This document shows, piece by piece, positions 1-12,115 of a stretch of 64,000 bases of DNA; within the stretch, counting starts at the first letter, position 1, and each line of letters begins with the position of its first letter. Origin of the DNA: the human T2T-CHM13v2.0 reference genome, Homo sapiens; the NCBI RefSeq assembly GCF_009914755.1, contig NC_060925.1; one strand, written 5' to 3'. A program made the position numbers and the translations under genes. A model generated the notes under the pieces. That model saw nothing but the letters and a program-made list of their open reading frames with translations. It did no database searches and had not been told where the DNA came from.

Positions 1-59
1 ACAGTGTCTCCCCCTCAATGAAGCCCTCCACCCACACTTCTAGCAAAGCCATCTGGCTG

Positions 60-185
60 CGTCACTCAACTGCTCTGGGCCTCCATCTCCTTATCTATAA
101 AGAGGGGATAATAATAGCAGCTACCCCAGAGGATTGTTCTGAAAAATAAATGGTTTCTGTATGCAAAGTATGTGGTTGTCACATT
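60..185 (+). mobile_element. MIR fragment
   Basis: MIR core-like 'ctctgggcctccatctccttatctataaagaggggataataatagcagctacc'. Confidence 0.7.
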
Positions 186-1499
186 GAAAAGGCTATCTAT
201 GGGTTCCTGTCTTTGCAGCAGATTTGAGGGCTCATGGGGAGAAACCACATCTTACACAATACAACTTTCTCCACTTTTCCTGGATCTACTTCTTCTCTCT
301 TCTCCTTCTCTGCCCTCCTCCCTGCCCCAACCCTGTCCTGGAGTAACTGAAAAACTCCCCACTTCCCCTTCTCACCCAGAGCAACCCATCAACACCCAGA
401 TCCCTCAAAGAGTTCTAGTCCCAAATACCGTCAGAATATTTTTCCAAGTAAATACAGTGCTCTTCCTACACATTGTAATGAACACTTTCCATGCCTGTGG
501 AATTCGAGCTGGCCTCTCAGTGCTTAATGCAGGTCAGGCACTTATAGGAGACATTTAATGTTTGTAGCATGGATCAATGAGAGCAAGACCTGTACAGGTA
601 AAGTGGAAGTGTCCTTTCATTTTTAGTCATTTGGTACGTATGCATTGAACACATGTACCTTCTAAGTTTTGTTCTTAGATTCAGAAATGAAACACAACCC
701 TTACAGGTTTAATTTTCGTTAAAATTAAACTGTAACGAAACTGTTAATGAAAATAAAACTGTAAGCTACGCTGTAAGGGACAGGACAAGGGAGAAACTGC
801 TTTCCTCAGAGGGTGCAGTTTAAGGGTTGGAGGAGTTTTATTTACGGACACCCTTCACTGCTTAAGAAGCCCTGCAATTGTAGGAGTGTCTTTATGGGGT
901 ACTCAAAGTGGGAGGAGGATTTTCCTAAAACTTTGAGTTAAAGATCCACTAGGAGGAAAAACATCTGTAACGTTGACCCAGAAAGTAATATGGTTAGTCT
1001 CTGGTACCTCTAAAGCTAATTTGTATCACCTTCCCCCTTAAATTTAAGGAGCCAACCTGAAAATAATATTTCTGAAGGCCATTCTAAAACTAGCAGCACT
1101 GGGTGCTTCCTCTAGGGTTCTGTATTTCAGCGCATACCTTTCTCTGTCATCTATAGAAATAATATTTTTAAATCTGGAGAGAAATTGAAAAATTCAAAAC
1201 GGGGAAAATGAAAGCTACACTATCACTTTTTCGTAACATCCTAATTTTTCTGTCTTTTTTGAGTAACAATATCATTGCAGTTGTTTTATGTGTTAAATTA
1301 TCCAACGAAAGAAGGCAGTAATGTGTACATTTGTCTATATTTTCCCTCTATTTTTTGTGTCAAACCTTAGAGTATTATTAAAGGTCCCATTTTCAGCAAA
1401 CCAAGAAACCAATGCTAAAAGAAAATGAAAGCCATTCAATCATTATCCAAGCTGATAATGATATCCTTTGTCTGTTGCCTCCTATGATATATTAATCCT

Positions 1500-1514
1500 G
1501 TTGCCAGGAGTAAC
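1500..1514. promoter_or_regulatory. RFX X-box consensus match
   Basis: GTTGCC-AGG-AGTAAC fits GTNRCC(N0-3)RGYAAC, in non-repeat sequence. Confidence 0.4.
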
Positions 1515-2294
1515 AATGTTTCAAGAAATTTCATCCCTAATGATACAATATAATTCCTGTTGAAAGCATCTTATTGCAACAGAGGGAGACTCTGTCAAAA
1601 AAAAACAACATACATTTTATTAGGAAATCCAATCTCTTCTTACTTATAAGCATGAAGCTTTCTTTTAAACAAAGGTATTTTCATTCTACCATTGCTGATG
1701 ATAGTTTTCTAATTATCTTGCTCCGTTTTCAAGTATTAACGTGTAATATCCGTTAACTGAGTTGTTTAAGAGCCTTTCACATTGTCGTTTTTGAAAACAA
1801 CGGAAAGAACACTTTGTAATTAAATAAAATAAGTAGGACACGGGTACTAAAAGCAGCTATATGTTTAAAAAGATTTCATGTTCAGATCACAGTACTCACT
1901 CCACATGAATCACTCTAAGTACAGGTGAAGCAAAGGTATCATTTGAATCCAATAGCTATCACCACTTCCACCAGTCAGTGGCAGATAATAATCATATTGT
2001 GGAAGTAAAGAAAGCCAGATAAAATTTGTGTTATCTTTAATGATGCTTTCAATAGCAGCCACCTAGAAGGGAGCATTGATTGTTACCAGCTTGAATGAGA
2101 CTCCTTAATTCCACTTCTGATTCTTCCATTTCCACAGCCACCCTATGACCTGCGTCATCATCAACCATTCACTGTTCCTCATTTTCTCAGCACATGGACT
2201 TGACAGCATGCTCCTCCAGGTCCTTTCCTGCAGAGCACTGTAGCGAAAGAGGGTCTGTATAAACCCATTTCGATTGCCCTTGCTTAGAATTTGG

Positions 2295-2445
2295 AGTCAG
2301 CATGGTGTGTTATAAAGAGAAGTAGGAGCTACTGGCTCTGCCTTTGGTCTCAGGCACTTTCTACATGACCTAGGCCAAGTTTTTTAACTTCTCTGCATCT
2401 CATTTTCCTCTTTTCTAAAATGAGAAGTGGGATTCTGTGAAACAG
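2295..2445 (+). mobile_element. MIR fragment
   Basis: 'atgacctaggccaagttttttaacttctctgcatctcattttcctcttttctaaaatgag'. Confidence 0.65.
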
Positions 2446-3699
2446 ACGTTGAAAGTAGTGGCAAAAACCACAATTTCTTTTGCACCAACCTGATAGTTCT
2501 AAAATGTCTATTATCTTATAATGGGAAAAATACATATATAGATTTTTTTTTTATTTCTGATACTTACTGCCTCACAACATAAGTGCAAACTGACCTTCAA
2601 ACTGGGCTTTACGACGGCTGAGTATTTTGGCCCCAAAATACACCTTACAAAATTATTTATTTGAAAAAAATACCAAAAGTACAAAGGTAGAAAAATTATG
2701 TATAATCCCACTAATGTTAAAATACATATGTAAATTAAAGTTTCCCACCTCTACCTTCTAATCTCTGTTAATAGTATGGTGGGTAGTCTTGCCAACTCCA
2801 TTCTAGCAGCCATCTTATGAACAGTGGTCTGGCAAGGGCTGTGCTGACAGCATGACTAGCATCACCCAGGGTTGTTCTGAACACACTTATGCAACTGCAA
2901 CTCTTCATGGCAACGCTATGATTACTTTTCCAAAATGGTTTGATGGTTTAGTATGTCCATTTTGAAAAACTTTATCATCCTGTAAAAAATGTAAAGATAT
3001 AAACACAGTAAACACTGGCATTACTGCTTAGAACTTAATCAATTTGGTAATGGCTATTACTTTGTCAAGTTGGTAGACAGCAGGGACAATGATAAGAGAA
3101 GAGAAGGGGGAAAAAAGAGAAGAGATGAGAGAAGACTGTGTAAGGACATACCCCGACTCATTTGGAAAGAAAATATGAAAGCAACATCGGGGACAGGTCT
3201 ATATCTGAGAAGTGTATGAGATGCTTAACATTTTTTACAAATTTATATTCATTATGCATTACTCATTGGATATTCTGACTAAGAATGATTTGCCAAGGCC
3301 AAGTTTACAGTGAAACAATGTTTTTTCACAGGATATATAATATTTTATGGGCAGCACTGAATTCAGTCTTTCTGGGTAGTTAGATGATATATATTTCCTA
3401 GCAGGAAAGAGTTATTAAATGAGAATGATGAATCAGTTGTGCTTCAGAAGTCCCATTGTAAAAATTACCAGTTTAAGTCTGAGCCTTGGGGATTAATGGG
3501 TAACTGATTTAATGAAACCTGTAGTACCTAAGGGAAATAATCTCTCTATTCATACATTAAGTTAACCCGATTTTTCTTACCTTCAGCAACTAAGGTGACC
3601 CGAAGGCTTGAGGAAAAACTCGAGTTTTCAGGGAGTACGCAAACTTAGCCCTTCCTGTTTCTGGAAACCCCTTACTCTCCTCCCACTCTGTACTTTGCT

Positions 3700-4035
3700 C
3701 ATGGTGTTCCTTCTACTTCCATTATTGTTGCAAATCCTGAAACTGCTCCCCCTCCTGGACAACCTGTATTCACCCTCAAAATTCAGGATCATAGATTAGT
3801 ACCTCATGAAGAATCTTAACTCCACCATCACCTCTACTACTAATCAGAATTAGTAGCTCACTCTCTTGGGTTGCTGAACCTTTAATAATAACTCTTGTTG
3901 ACAAATTATTCTTCCTCACAGTATTTTCTTCTTCTTAAGGATGCAGACAGTGTCCAGAGTCTCTGCATTTTGAATCTCCAGCAAAACATTGTACCTGGCA
4001 GATGAGAACAGTCTAGAAATGTTTGTGAATTTAAT
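3700..4035 (+). mobile_element. L2 3' end, degenerate
   Basis: L2-terminus-like 'tgaatctccagcaaaacattgtacctggcagatgagaacagtctagaaatgtttgtgaatt'. Confidence 0.5.
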
Positions 4036-4133
4036 GTGATATAGGAAAATATGGAAACCTAGTGAGAGACTGTTTGCTTTAGAAACATACATAGACAACC
4101 TCCATCCACTTATCTTTTCTTTCCTAATCTTAG

Positions 4134-4210
4134 GTTCAAGTGACCTTGATCCTTCGATGATATTGGACACTGGAGAGATCATTGATACAGGATCTGATTA
4201 TGAAGATCAG
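4134..4210 (+). CDS. AK5: Internal coding exon (77 nt) of adenylate kinase 5, inter-domain linker (probably exon 8)
   Basis: Acceptor ttttctttcctaatcttag| and donor CAG|gtaatt. Reading GT + 25 codons gives (G)SSDLDPSMILDTGEIIDTGSDYEDQ with no stop (phase 1 in, phase 0 out). The peptide matches my recollection of human AK5 just before 'GDDQLNVFGEDTM'. Confidence 0.93.
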
Positions 4211-4581
4211 GTAATTAAAATCTGAAAATAGTTCTCTATTTAAATGTTTTTAAGTTGAACCTTTGTAAATGTTTTATGAAAATTTGAATTATAAAAACTC
4301 ATTTTGTGAAATATATACAGATAACTAATAACATATTACATGATAAATTACAGTAGTCTACAGTTTTCATTCACTAAGTTTGGCTTTTTGGCACTCCCTT
4401 GTCCTAAGATTCAAAACACAGTGAATTAAAGAAAGGTTTATCATCAAACGTTAACATGGGATAGAAATGAGGTTCTCTTGCCCAAGAATTTGCCTGTGTC
4501 TCTATCCCTTCCCACTAATAAACTAATAATATTTACTGAGCATCAGCTACAGGTTCAGGGCTCTGCTATTTTATCGCTAAC

Positions 4582-4947
4582 TGTATTAGTCCATTTTCAA
4601 GCTGCTGATAAAGACATACCCAAGACTGGGCAATTTATAAAAGAAAGAGGTTTAATGGAGAACTCACAGTTTCACATGACTGGGGAGACCTCACAATCAT
4701 GGCAGAAGACAAGGAGGAGCAAGTCACATCTTACATGGATGGCAGCAGGCAAAGGGAGAACTTGTCCAGGGAAACTCCTGATTTTAAAACCATCGGATCT
4801 TGTGAGACCCATTCACTATCACAACAGCACAGAAAAGACCCGCCCCTGTGATTCAGTCATCTCCCACTGGCTCCCTCTCACAACATGTGGGAATTATGGG
4901 AGCTACAAGATGAGATTTGGGTGGGGACACAGAGCCAAAACATATCA
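4582..4947 (-). mobile_element. THE1-type MaLR solo LTR
   Basis: tgtattagtccattttc...gagatttgggtggggacacagagccaaaacatatca is the reverse of a THE1 LTR. Degenerate 5-bp TSD ctaac/ctagt. Confidence 0.9.
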
Positions 4948-5429
4948 CTAGTCTGTGGAAGGGAATGATGAACGAGGAAAGCATAGCCAAGAAGTTAAAT
5001 ACATTTTCTCTTTGAATAAAACTGAAGACATTTATCTGGGTCATTTTCCTCTCAGCAGAAGAACTCTCTCTGCTGCTATATTTTAATGAACCAAAATAGT
5101 TGGCAAATGAGCCAACCCCCTAATTAGGCTTTATTTTTAAAAAAGAAAAATGTCCAAAACTTTCTTCCGCCTCTCATCAGTGCTCCTCAGCAATGGCTAA
5201 AAGCCAAGTGAACATGTTCTTGGGGGAGGCTTTGTTCCCATCTTTAACTAATATTCATCACAAATAAAGCAAACAGATCTGACCAGTGTCCATGTGTAAT
5301 GGCTGGCTGTATATTTCATATACGTATTCAGGAGCTATTTTCTTGAGTATAAAGTTCTTTCCTTATAGCACAAAGCAAGGAGATGATGTTGGCAAGTGCT
5401 ATAATAGCTACACATGTTTATAGTAATTT

Positions 5430-5702
5430 TTAACATCTATTAAGCACTTATTACATGCAAAACGTTGTGCCGAGTTTCTTATATTAACTCAGCAATTCTT
5501 CACAACATCTCTAGGAAGTAAGAATTATTATCTCTATATCACAGACAAAAAAAAAAGGACTAGAAGAGTAATTTACCCAAGGTTACATAAATAGTTTCAC
5601 AATAAGGATGTGAACTTAGGGCACATTCTCTAGCATACCCAAGACTGGGCAATTTACAAAAGAAAGAGGTTGTGCTGCCTCTGCCACAATGTACTGCCTC
5701 CC
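5430..5702 (-). mobile_element. MIR, interrupted at 5634-5671 by a THE1-derived 38-mer
   Basis: 'taagcacttattacatgc...cttcacaacatctctaggaagta...atttacccaaggttacata' are MIR motifs. Confidence 0.7.
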
Positions 5703-5799
5703 ATCCTAACCTCCAAAGACAGGTCATTCAATGATATGTATTGGGAGCCTTTTCAGTTGCTGACCCATAAGACTCCAGCAGAGGCTAATGCAAAACAAC

Positions 5800-6425
5800 C
5801 ACTTACAATCTAAAATTACAGACTGCACAAAGAAATGATTCACAACAAGGAAGCCAGCTAGTTAAAGAAATGGAAGACTCCACACCCCCCAAGAACTAGA
5901 AAGAACAGAAAAATCTGAAAGAAATCATAATATAAGGATATTCAAAATATTGAAAGGGAAGATTAAAAGCCATGAAACAAATACATGAACAAATGGAAAA
6001 GAAGAATGAAAAAGGGAAGAAACAGGCATTGTAGGCACACACAAAAATATCGTCAATTGAAACAGAAATTCAATTAACGGTTGAATAGTAGACTAGATGC
6101 AGCTAAAAAGGCACTTGATAGAGCAGAGGAAATTGCCATAGAATAAAACACAGAGCTAAATAGTTGTCAAATATGAGAAGAACTTAGGAGACATTGAGGA
6201 TAGAATGATTGGTTCAACATATTCTAAAAGGAATTCCAGAAAGAGAGAATGGAGGTGATGGAGCCGAGGTTATTTTTTAACAGTTAATAGTTGAGAATTT
6301 TACAGTTATTTTTTAACAGATAATAGTTGAGAATTTTACAGAGATGAATAAGACAAGTCCCAGTCCCAAGATGGAAGGAACATATCCAGTCCTGAGCAGG
6401 ATTTTTTTTTAATCCTCATCTACTC
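5800..6425 (+). mobile_element. Old L1 (L1ME-like) ORF1-region fragment
   Basis: A-rich, with 'ttgaatagtagactagatgcagct' and 'gagacattgaggatagaatg...ggaattccagaaagagagaat' ORF1-like motifs. Confidence 0.6.
6269..6340. repeat. 36-bp tandem duplication
   Basis: gttattttttaacag(t/a)taatagttgagaattttaca x2, one mismatch. Confidence 0.95.
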
Positions 6426-6429
6426 TTTT

Positions 6430-6760
6430 TTCATTTAATCATTCAACAAGTATTAATTGGACACCGACTGTGTGCCAGTTTCTGTTTAGGCACTTAGAAT
6501 ATAATTACATAAAAGAAGCAAGGGCTCTTGTGGCAAGAAGCTTACATCAGAGTGCAGAAGACAGAAAGTAAACAATAAACATAGTAAATTAGTCAGTTTT
6601 CTAGATTGTCAGAGGTGATAAACTCTATGAGAAAAGAAAGTAGAAAAGGTAAGGGGGTTAGGAATGCTGGGGGAGGAACAGATTACCACATTAATCAGGA
6701 TGGTCCATATTAAATGGTATGCCCTCATTAAAGAGGTGAGATTTGAGCAGTGACTTAAAA
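6430..6760 (-). mobile_element. L2 3' fragment
   Basis: 'cattcaacaagtattaattggacaccgactgtgtgccag...gaggtgagatttgagcagtgactt'. Confidence 0.7.
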
Positions 6761-6817
6761 TATAATGTAAACCAGCAGAAGATGGAAGAGAAAACTAAAA
6801 TATTAAAAGTGAAAATA

Positions 6818-6877
6818 TAGTGTTACAGCTCTTTTAGAATTTGTCTAGCAGGCTTTCTAGTTTTTGCTGGAAAGCCC
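6818..6877 (+). pseudogene. RNU7-8P: Retroposed U7 snRNA pseudogene with A-tail and TSD
   Basis: agtgttacagctcttttagaatttgtctagcaggctttctagtttttgctggaaagccc closely matches U7 snRNA, including the Sm site AATTTGTCTAG at 6838-6848. An A-rich tail follows. TSD aaaagtgaaaat at 6805-6816 and 6905-6916. The numbered symbol is from memory and should be verified. Confidence 0.92.
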
Positions 6878-6974
6878 AGAAAAAAAAATTCTTTTAAAAA
6901 ATTAAAAAGTGAAAATGCAGTTACTATAAAGGAATGACAATTTTGTTTGCAGCAGATTAAATGAAACAAGAACT

Positions 6975-7200
6975 TGCATTTATTTAGCACCTACTCTAAA
7001 CCAGGAATGTGTTTTATGGTTTACATGCATTATTGCTGATCCTTACAATAACTCAAGAAGTAAGCTCTGTTAATCCCTAATTTGAAGCCAAGGAAATTGA
7101 AGCTCACAAAAGTTAACTGACTTCCCAAGACCATAAAGCTAGCAAGTTGTAGAGTCAGAAATCAAACTTTGATTTGCCTGGCACCAAAATCTATTCTCCA
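6975..7200 (-). mobile_element. MIR
   Basis: 'catttatttagcacctactct...aggaaattgaagctcacaaaagttaactgacttcccaag'. Confidence 0.75.
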
Positions 7201-7312
7201 CTTTCCCCACTCCAATAAAGCCATTAACAAGCTCACTAGTAATCTTTTGCCAATTCCAGTTAACCCTTTTTAGTTATCTTTCTTGACCTTTGCTGCATTT
7301 GACACCATAAAC

Positions 7313-7627
7313 TAGGGATCACCACACTTTTTCTGTAAAGGACCAGGCAGTGTAAATATTTTAGGCTTTGTGGGCCCATATGTTATCTGTTGCAACTACT
7401 CAAACTCTGCCATCATTGAGCAAAACAGCCATAACAATATGTAAACAATGAATGTGGCTTTGTTGCAGTAAAACATCATATGTGGATACTGAAATTCAAA
7501 TTCCATATAATTTTCATGTCATTTATTTCCACCATTTAAAAATGTAAAATTCATTCTTGCTGAAAGGCCATATAAAAATAGGCAGCAGAGTGGATTTGAC
7601 CTGCAGGCCATAGTTTGCTGACTCCTG
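7313..7627 (+). mobile_element. MER58-type hAT-Charlie MITE
   Basis: 'ttttctgtaaaggaccaggcagtgtaaatattttaggctttgtgggcc...ggccatagtttgctgactcctg'. Degenerate 8-bp TSD ccataaac/tcgtgaac. Confidence 0.8.
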
Positions 7628-7689
7628 TCGTGAACCATTCCCCCATTCCTGACATTCTTTCCATTAGCTTTCAACATTTCTAGAGCTTT

Positions 7690-7895
7690 TAATACTTGTC
7701 GGTGTGCTTCATATTTATTACCTCATTTTATCCTCAGACAACTATATTATTATTATCCCAATTTTCCTGATGAGGGATCTGAGGCACAGAGAAATTAAGA
7801 AGTTTACTCAAGGTCACATGGTTGGCAAGAGGTAAAGCCAGGATTCAAAAGGTAGAGCTAGGATTCAAATCCAGCTGTGTGACTCCAGAGCCAGG
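7690..7895 (-). mobile_element. MIR with an internal 20-bp tandem duplication (7830-7869)
   Basis: 'gatgagggatctgaggcacagagaaattaagaagtttactcaaggtcaca'; aggta(a/g)agc(c/t)aggattcaaa x2. Confidence 0.75.
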
Positions 7896-8239
7896 CGCAG
7901 GAAAGATAGGCTAGGTTATGCTGGTATAATTAATAAAACTCAAAATCTGAGAGCTTTCCTTCCAGAGTTCCTTTTACATGTGATCTCCAAAGGGATTATG
8001 GATGGGAAGGAGAAGAACTTGAGGAAGATGCACCTGCATTTAATTGCACATTACCTCATCTCACATTCAGTAGCAACCCTAGTCACTGGCTCTACCTAGA
8101 TGCAAGGAGGCTGAGAAATGGAGCTTATTTATATGCCCAGGAAGGGAGAGATGGGTTTGTTGAGCACCAAGCCAGTCTCAGCCACAAAGCTTCTGCTCCT
8201 AACCACAGGCTGCAGCACCTGCCTCCATGTGATCCCTCC

Positions 8240-9295
8240 CTCTTACTTCTCGCTTCACTCATTCTTGGTTTCCTTGCTGAACTCCTCTCCATCAGTCTAT
8301 TATTTAACTGTGAACACTCCCCAGCATACTGACCATGGCCCCTTCTCTCCTAACTGCACATGTTCTCCTGTGAGAGGCTCAGTCACAGCCATGGTTTTGA
8401 CTTCACTTAAGGCTTCCTGGTGAGCTCCTGTTGCATATGTCTGACTACTAAGTAACACCAGTTGGATTTCCCATGTGCATCTTGAATTCAACATGTCCAA
8501 AACCACGCTCACCATCTTCCCCCACAAAATCTGTTCTTCCTTCTGTTCTTCCTATTTCTGTGAATGATACCACCATTCTCCAGCTGCCCAAGCCAGACAC
8601 AAGGGCGTCTTCCTAGCCTCCTTCCTTTCTCTCTCTTCCTACGTCAGTTTGATCAAGAAGCTACTCAGTTCTCCTGTGCAGGAATTGCTTCTCCCACTCC
8701 ACTGCCCATGCTTTGGTTCACACCCTCAGCCTTCCTCCCTGGGACCATAGGGCCAGCCTCCTAACCAGTCTCCTTCCCTCAGTCTGCTCACCCATCAAAT
8801 TATCTTCCTGAAAGCACACACAATCATGGCATTCCATGGCTTAAAACTTTTCTTGGCTCTTCATCGATTTCAGAATTAAACTGGAAGCTCTTAGAAGATT
8901 CATAGAAACTTTCAAATCTGAATATGACCCCTACATTTTTCTCCAAACTCATCCATTGCCACTTATCAAAACACACTGACTGCTCCAGCCACACAAAGCC
9001 ATTCTCAGGTCCCTCAAATGGGTCATGTTTGCACAGTCCCTTTCCTCTATATGGAAGTTTCCTCAACCCTATTGCTTCTGTCCCGTGTGACCTCTACTCA
9101 TGCACCATCAGGACCAAGCTTCCCCTCTAGGAAACCCTTCTCTTGTCACAGGTTTGGTTCACCTTCTCAGGGGGCCCGTGATACTCTGTGTTGTAATATT
9201 ATCTTGCATTTCAGGTACTATGTTCTGCTCTCTGTATCCCCAGTGCCTGCCACGGAGCCTGGCATATGGCATATGCTCAATAAATGCCCATTTGT
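8240..9295 (+). mobile_element. L2 3' portion
   Basis: 'catcttgaattcaacatgtccaaaacc' and the terminus 'tgtatccccagtgcctgccacggagcctggcatatggcatatgctcaataaatg'. Confidence 0.8.
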
Positions 9296-9426
9296 TTAAA
9301 GCCAAGAACATGAATTCCAGTTCTTCTACTTAATGTGTGATGTTTTTATGCCTTACTGAGCCCCTTTTGGGCCTCAATTTTCCCTTCGAGAAAATGGTGG
9401 TGACAACCCCACTTAGAAGTACTGTT

Positions 9427-9826
<400 letters not shown>

Positions 9827-10757
9827 TCAAATATGACTGAACTTTTCAAGATAGCCTTCTATAGCTGACAGAGGCCACCACTTCTTCAACTAAGTGAATG
9901 CCAGTTGTCTGAGCACTTCTGATTCCTGGACTGGCATGTGAGGCACTTAGAAGTTGCTGCTCTATCCTAACAACCAGTAAAAAGCTGAACAACTGAAAAT
10001 AAACAATCACTCTTAGATCTGTCAGAGAAGTGAGGTTACAGGACAAACCCTTACCCCAAAGATTGGAGAGACAATCAGAGAATCACAACTTACCCAAACA
10101 GAAACCCTCAAGCAGAAACGTCTGTAGAAGCCTGTACCAGGGCTGGAAACACTGAACAGTGATAATAGCTGGAGGTTCAGTGTGGACAATATGAGAGTTA
10201 AAAATCCCAGAGAGATCCAGTCATGGGACCCCACACTTCTGTAAGTTTTACCTCCAGGAGCTTTGCCAGGTCCTCACAGTGAATATCTGGAAAAATTCCC
10301 CTCAGTCTTCTGGCCATGGGAGGAGAAAAAAAAAACACTTTGAAATATGCTAAAGCATTCTGCTCCTTAACAAGGCCTGCCCTCAGAAGAAACTACTTTA
10401 CCAGGGCATAACATTCCTAGAGCAAGAGAAAACCCAACTCTAGCCACCTCTAGCCATCCTGTCCCACCCAAAGGGAGAAAAGTATCGAAAAACACTGGCA
10501 GAGTTCACAGTCCAGGGCCACAGGCTCACCAAAAGACTGAGACCTAATTATAGGACTGTAGAACAATTCCCCGGCCCCATACTTTATCACAGCATTACTA
10601 AAGATTATTTACTGTGGTTCCTTTTATTCAGTATATCAGGTCCATCTGTCAAGGAAAAATTACAAGGTATGTCAAAAGGCAAAAAACATGATTTGAATAG
10701 ACTAAGCATCAGAACCAGTCATATATAGCAGGAATGTGGGTCATCAGACCAGGAACA

Positions 10758-10968
10758 TTTTATTTTATTTTTTAGAGACAGACTTTTGCTGTGTTGCCCA
10801 GGTTGAAGTGCAGTGGCATGATCATAGCTCACCGCAGCCTTGAGCTCCTCAGCTCAAGCAATCCTCTTGCCTCAGCCTCTTGAGTAGCTAGGACTACAGA
10901 TGTACACCACCATGCCTGGCTAATTTTATTTTTTGTGTAGATGAGTCATGCTGTGTTGCCCAGGCTGG
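10758..10968 (-). mobile_element. AluJ, truncated
   Basis: 'gagacagacttttgctgtgttgcccaggttgaagtgcagtggcatgatcatagctcaccgcagcc'. Confidence 0.85.
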
Positions 10969-11765
10969 GAATTTTTTAAAACTATGATTAATATGCCAAG
11001 GACTTTAATGATAATAAGTAGACAACATGCAAGAACAAATGGATAATGTAAGCAGAGAAGGAAATTCTAACACAGAAGCAAAAAGAAATTCTAGAGATCA
11101 AAAACACTGTAATAGAGGTGAAGAATGCCTTTGATGGGTACATTTAATAGACTGCACATGGCTGGGGAGAGAATCTCTGAGCTTGAGTATATGACAATAG
11201 AAACTTTCAAGGCTGAAAAACAAAGGGAAAGACTGAAAAAACAGAACTGAATATCTGAGAAACATAGGACAGCTACAAAAGATGTAACATATGCATAATG
11301 GGAATACCAGAAGGAAAAGAAAGAGAGTAATGAACAGAAGCAATATTTGAAGCAACATTAACTGAGAATTTCCCCTAGATTAATGAACAACACCAAACCA
11401 CAGATCCAGGAATCTCAGAAAATATCAAGCAAGATAAACGCCCCAAAACAAAAGGCCTTTATATTCAAACTTCAGAAAATCAAAAATAGAGAAACAAATC
11501 TTGAAAGAAGCCAGATTTTAAAAATGCCTTACCTGTAGTAGAGCGAAGATCAAAATCATTTTTACTTTCTTTTCAGAAACTTTGCATGCAGGAAGAAAAT
11601 GGAGTAAAATATTTAAAGTGTTGAAAGAGGGGAATAAAGCACCAACCTAGAATTCTGTACTCGACAAAATTATCCTTCAAAAATGAAGGAGAAATAGAGA
11701 CTTTCTGAGATCAACAAAAATTGGGGGAATTTGTTGCCAGCAGACCTGCCTGGCAAGAAATGTTA

Positions 11766-12115
<350 letters not shown>

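Noticed and set aside
2055-2078. CTCF-like motif gccacctagaagggagc
   Set aside because: Several mismatches at core positions; too weak to call.
4478-4951. 157-aa ORF just downstream of the AK5 exon
   Set aside because: Mostly antisense THE1 LTR sequence; a similar peptide recurs at the second THE1 LTR (45025-45309).
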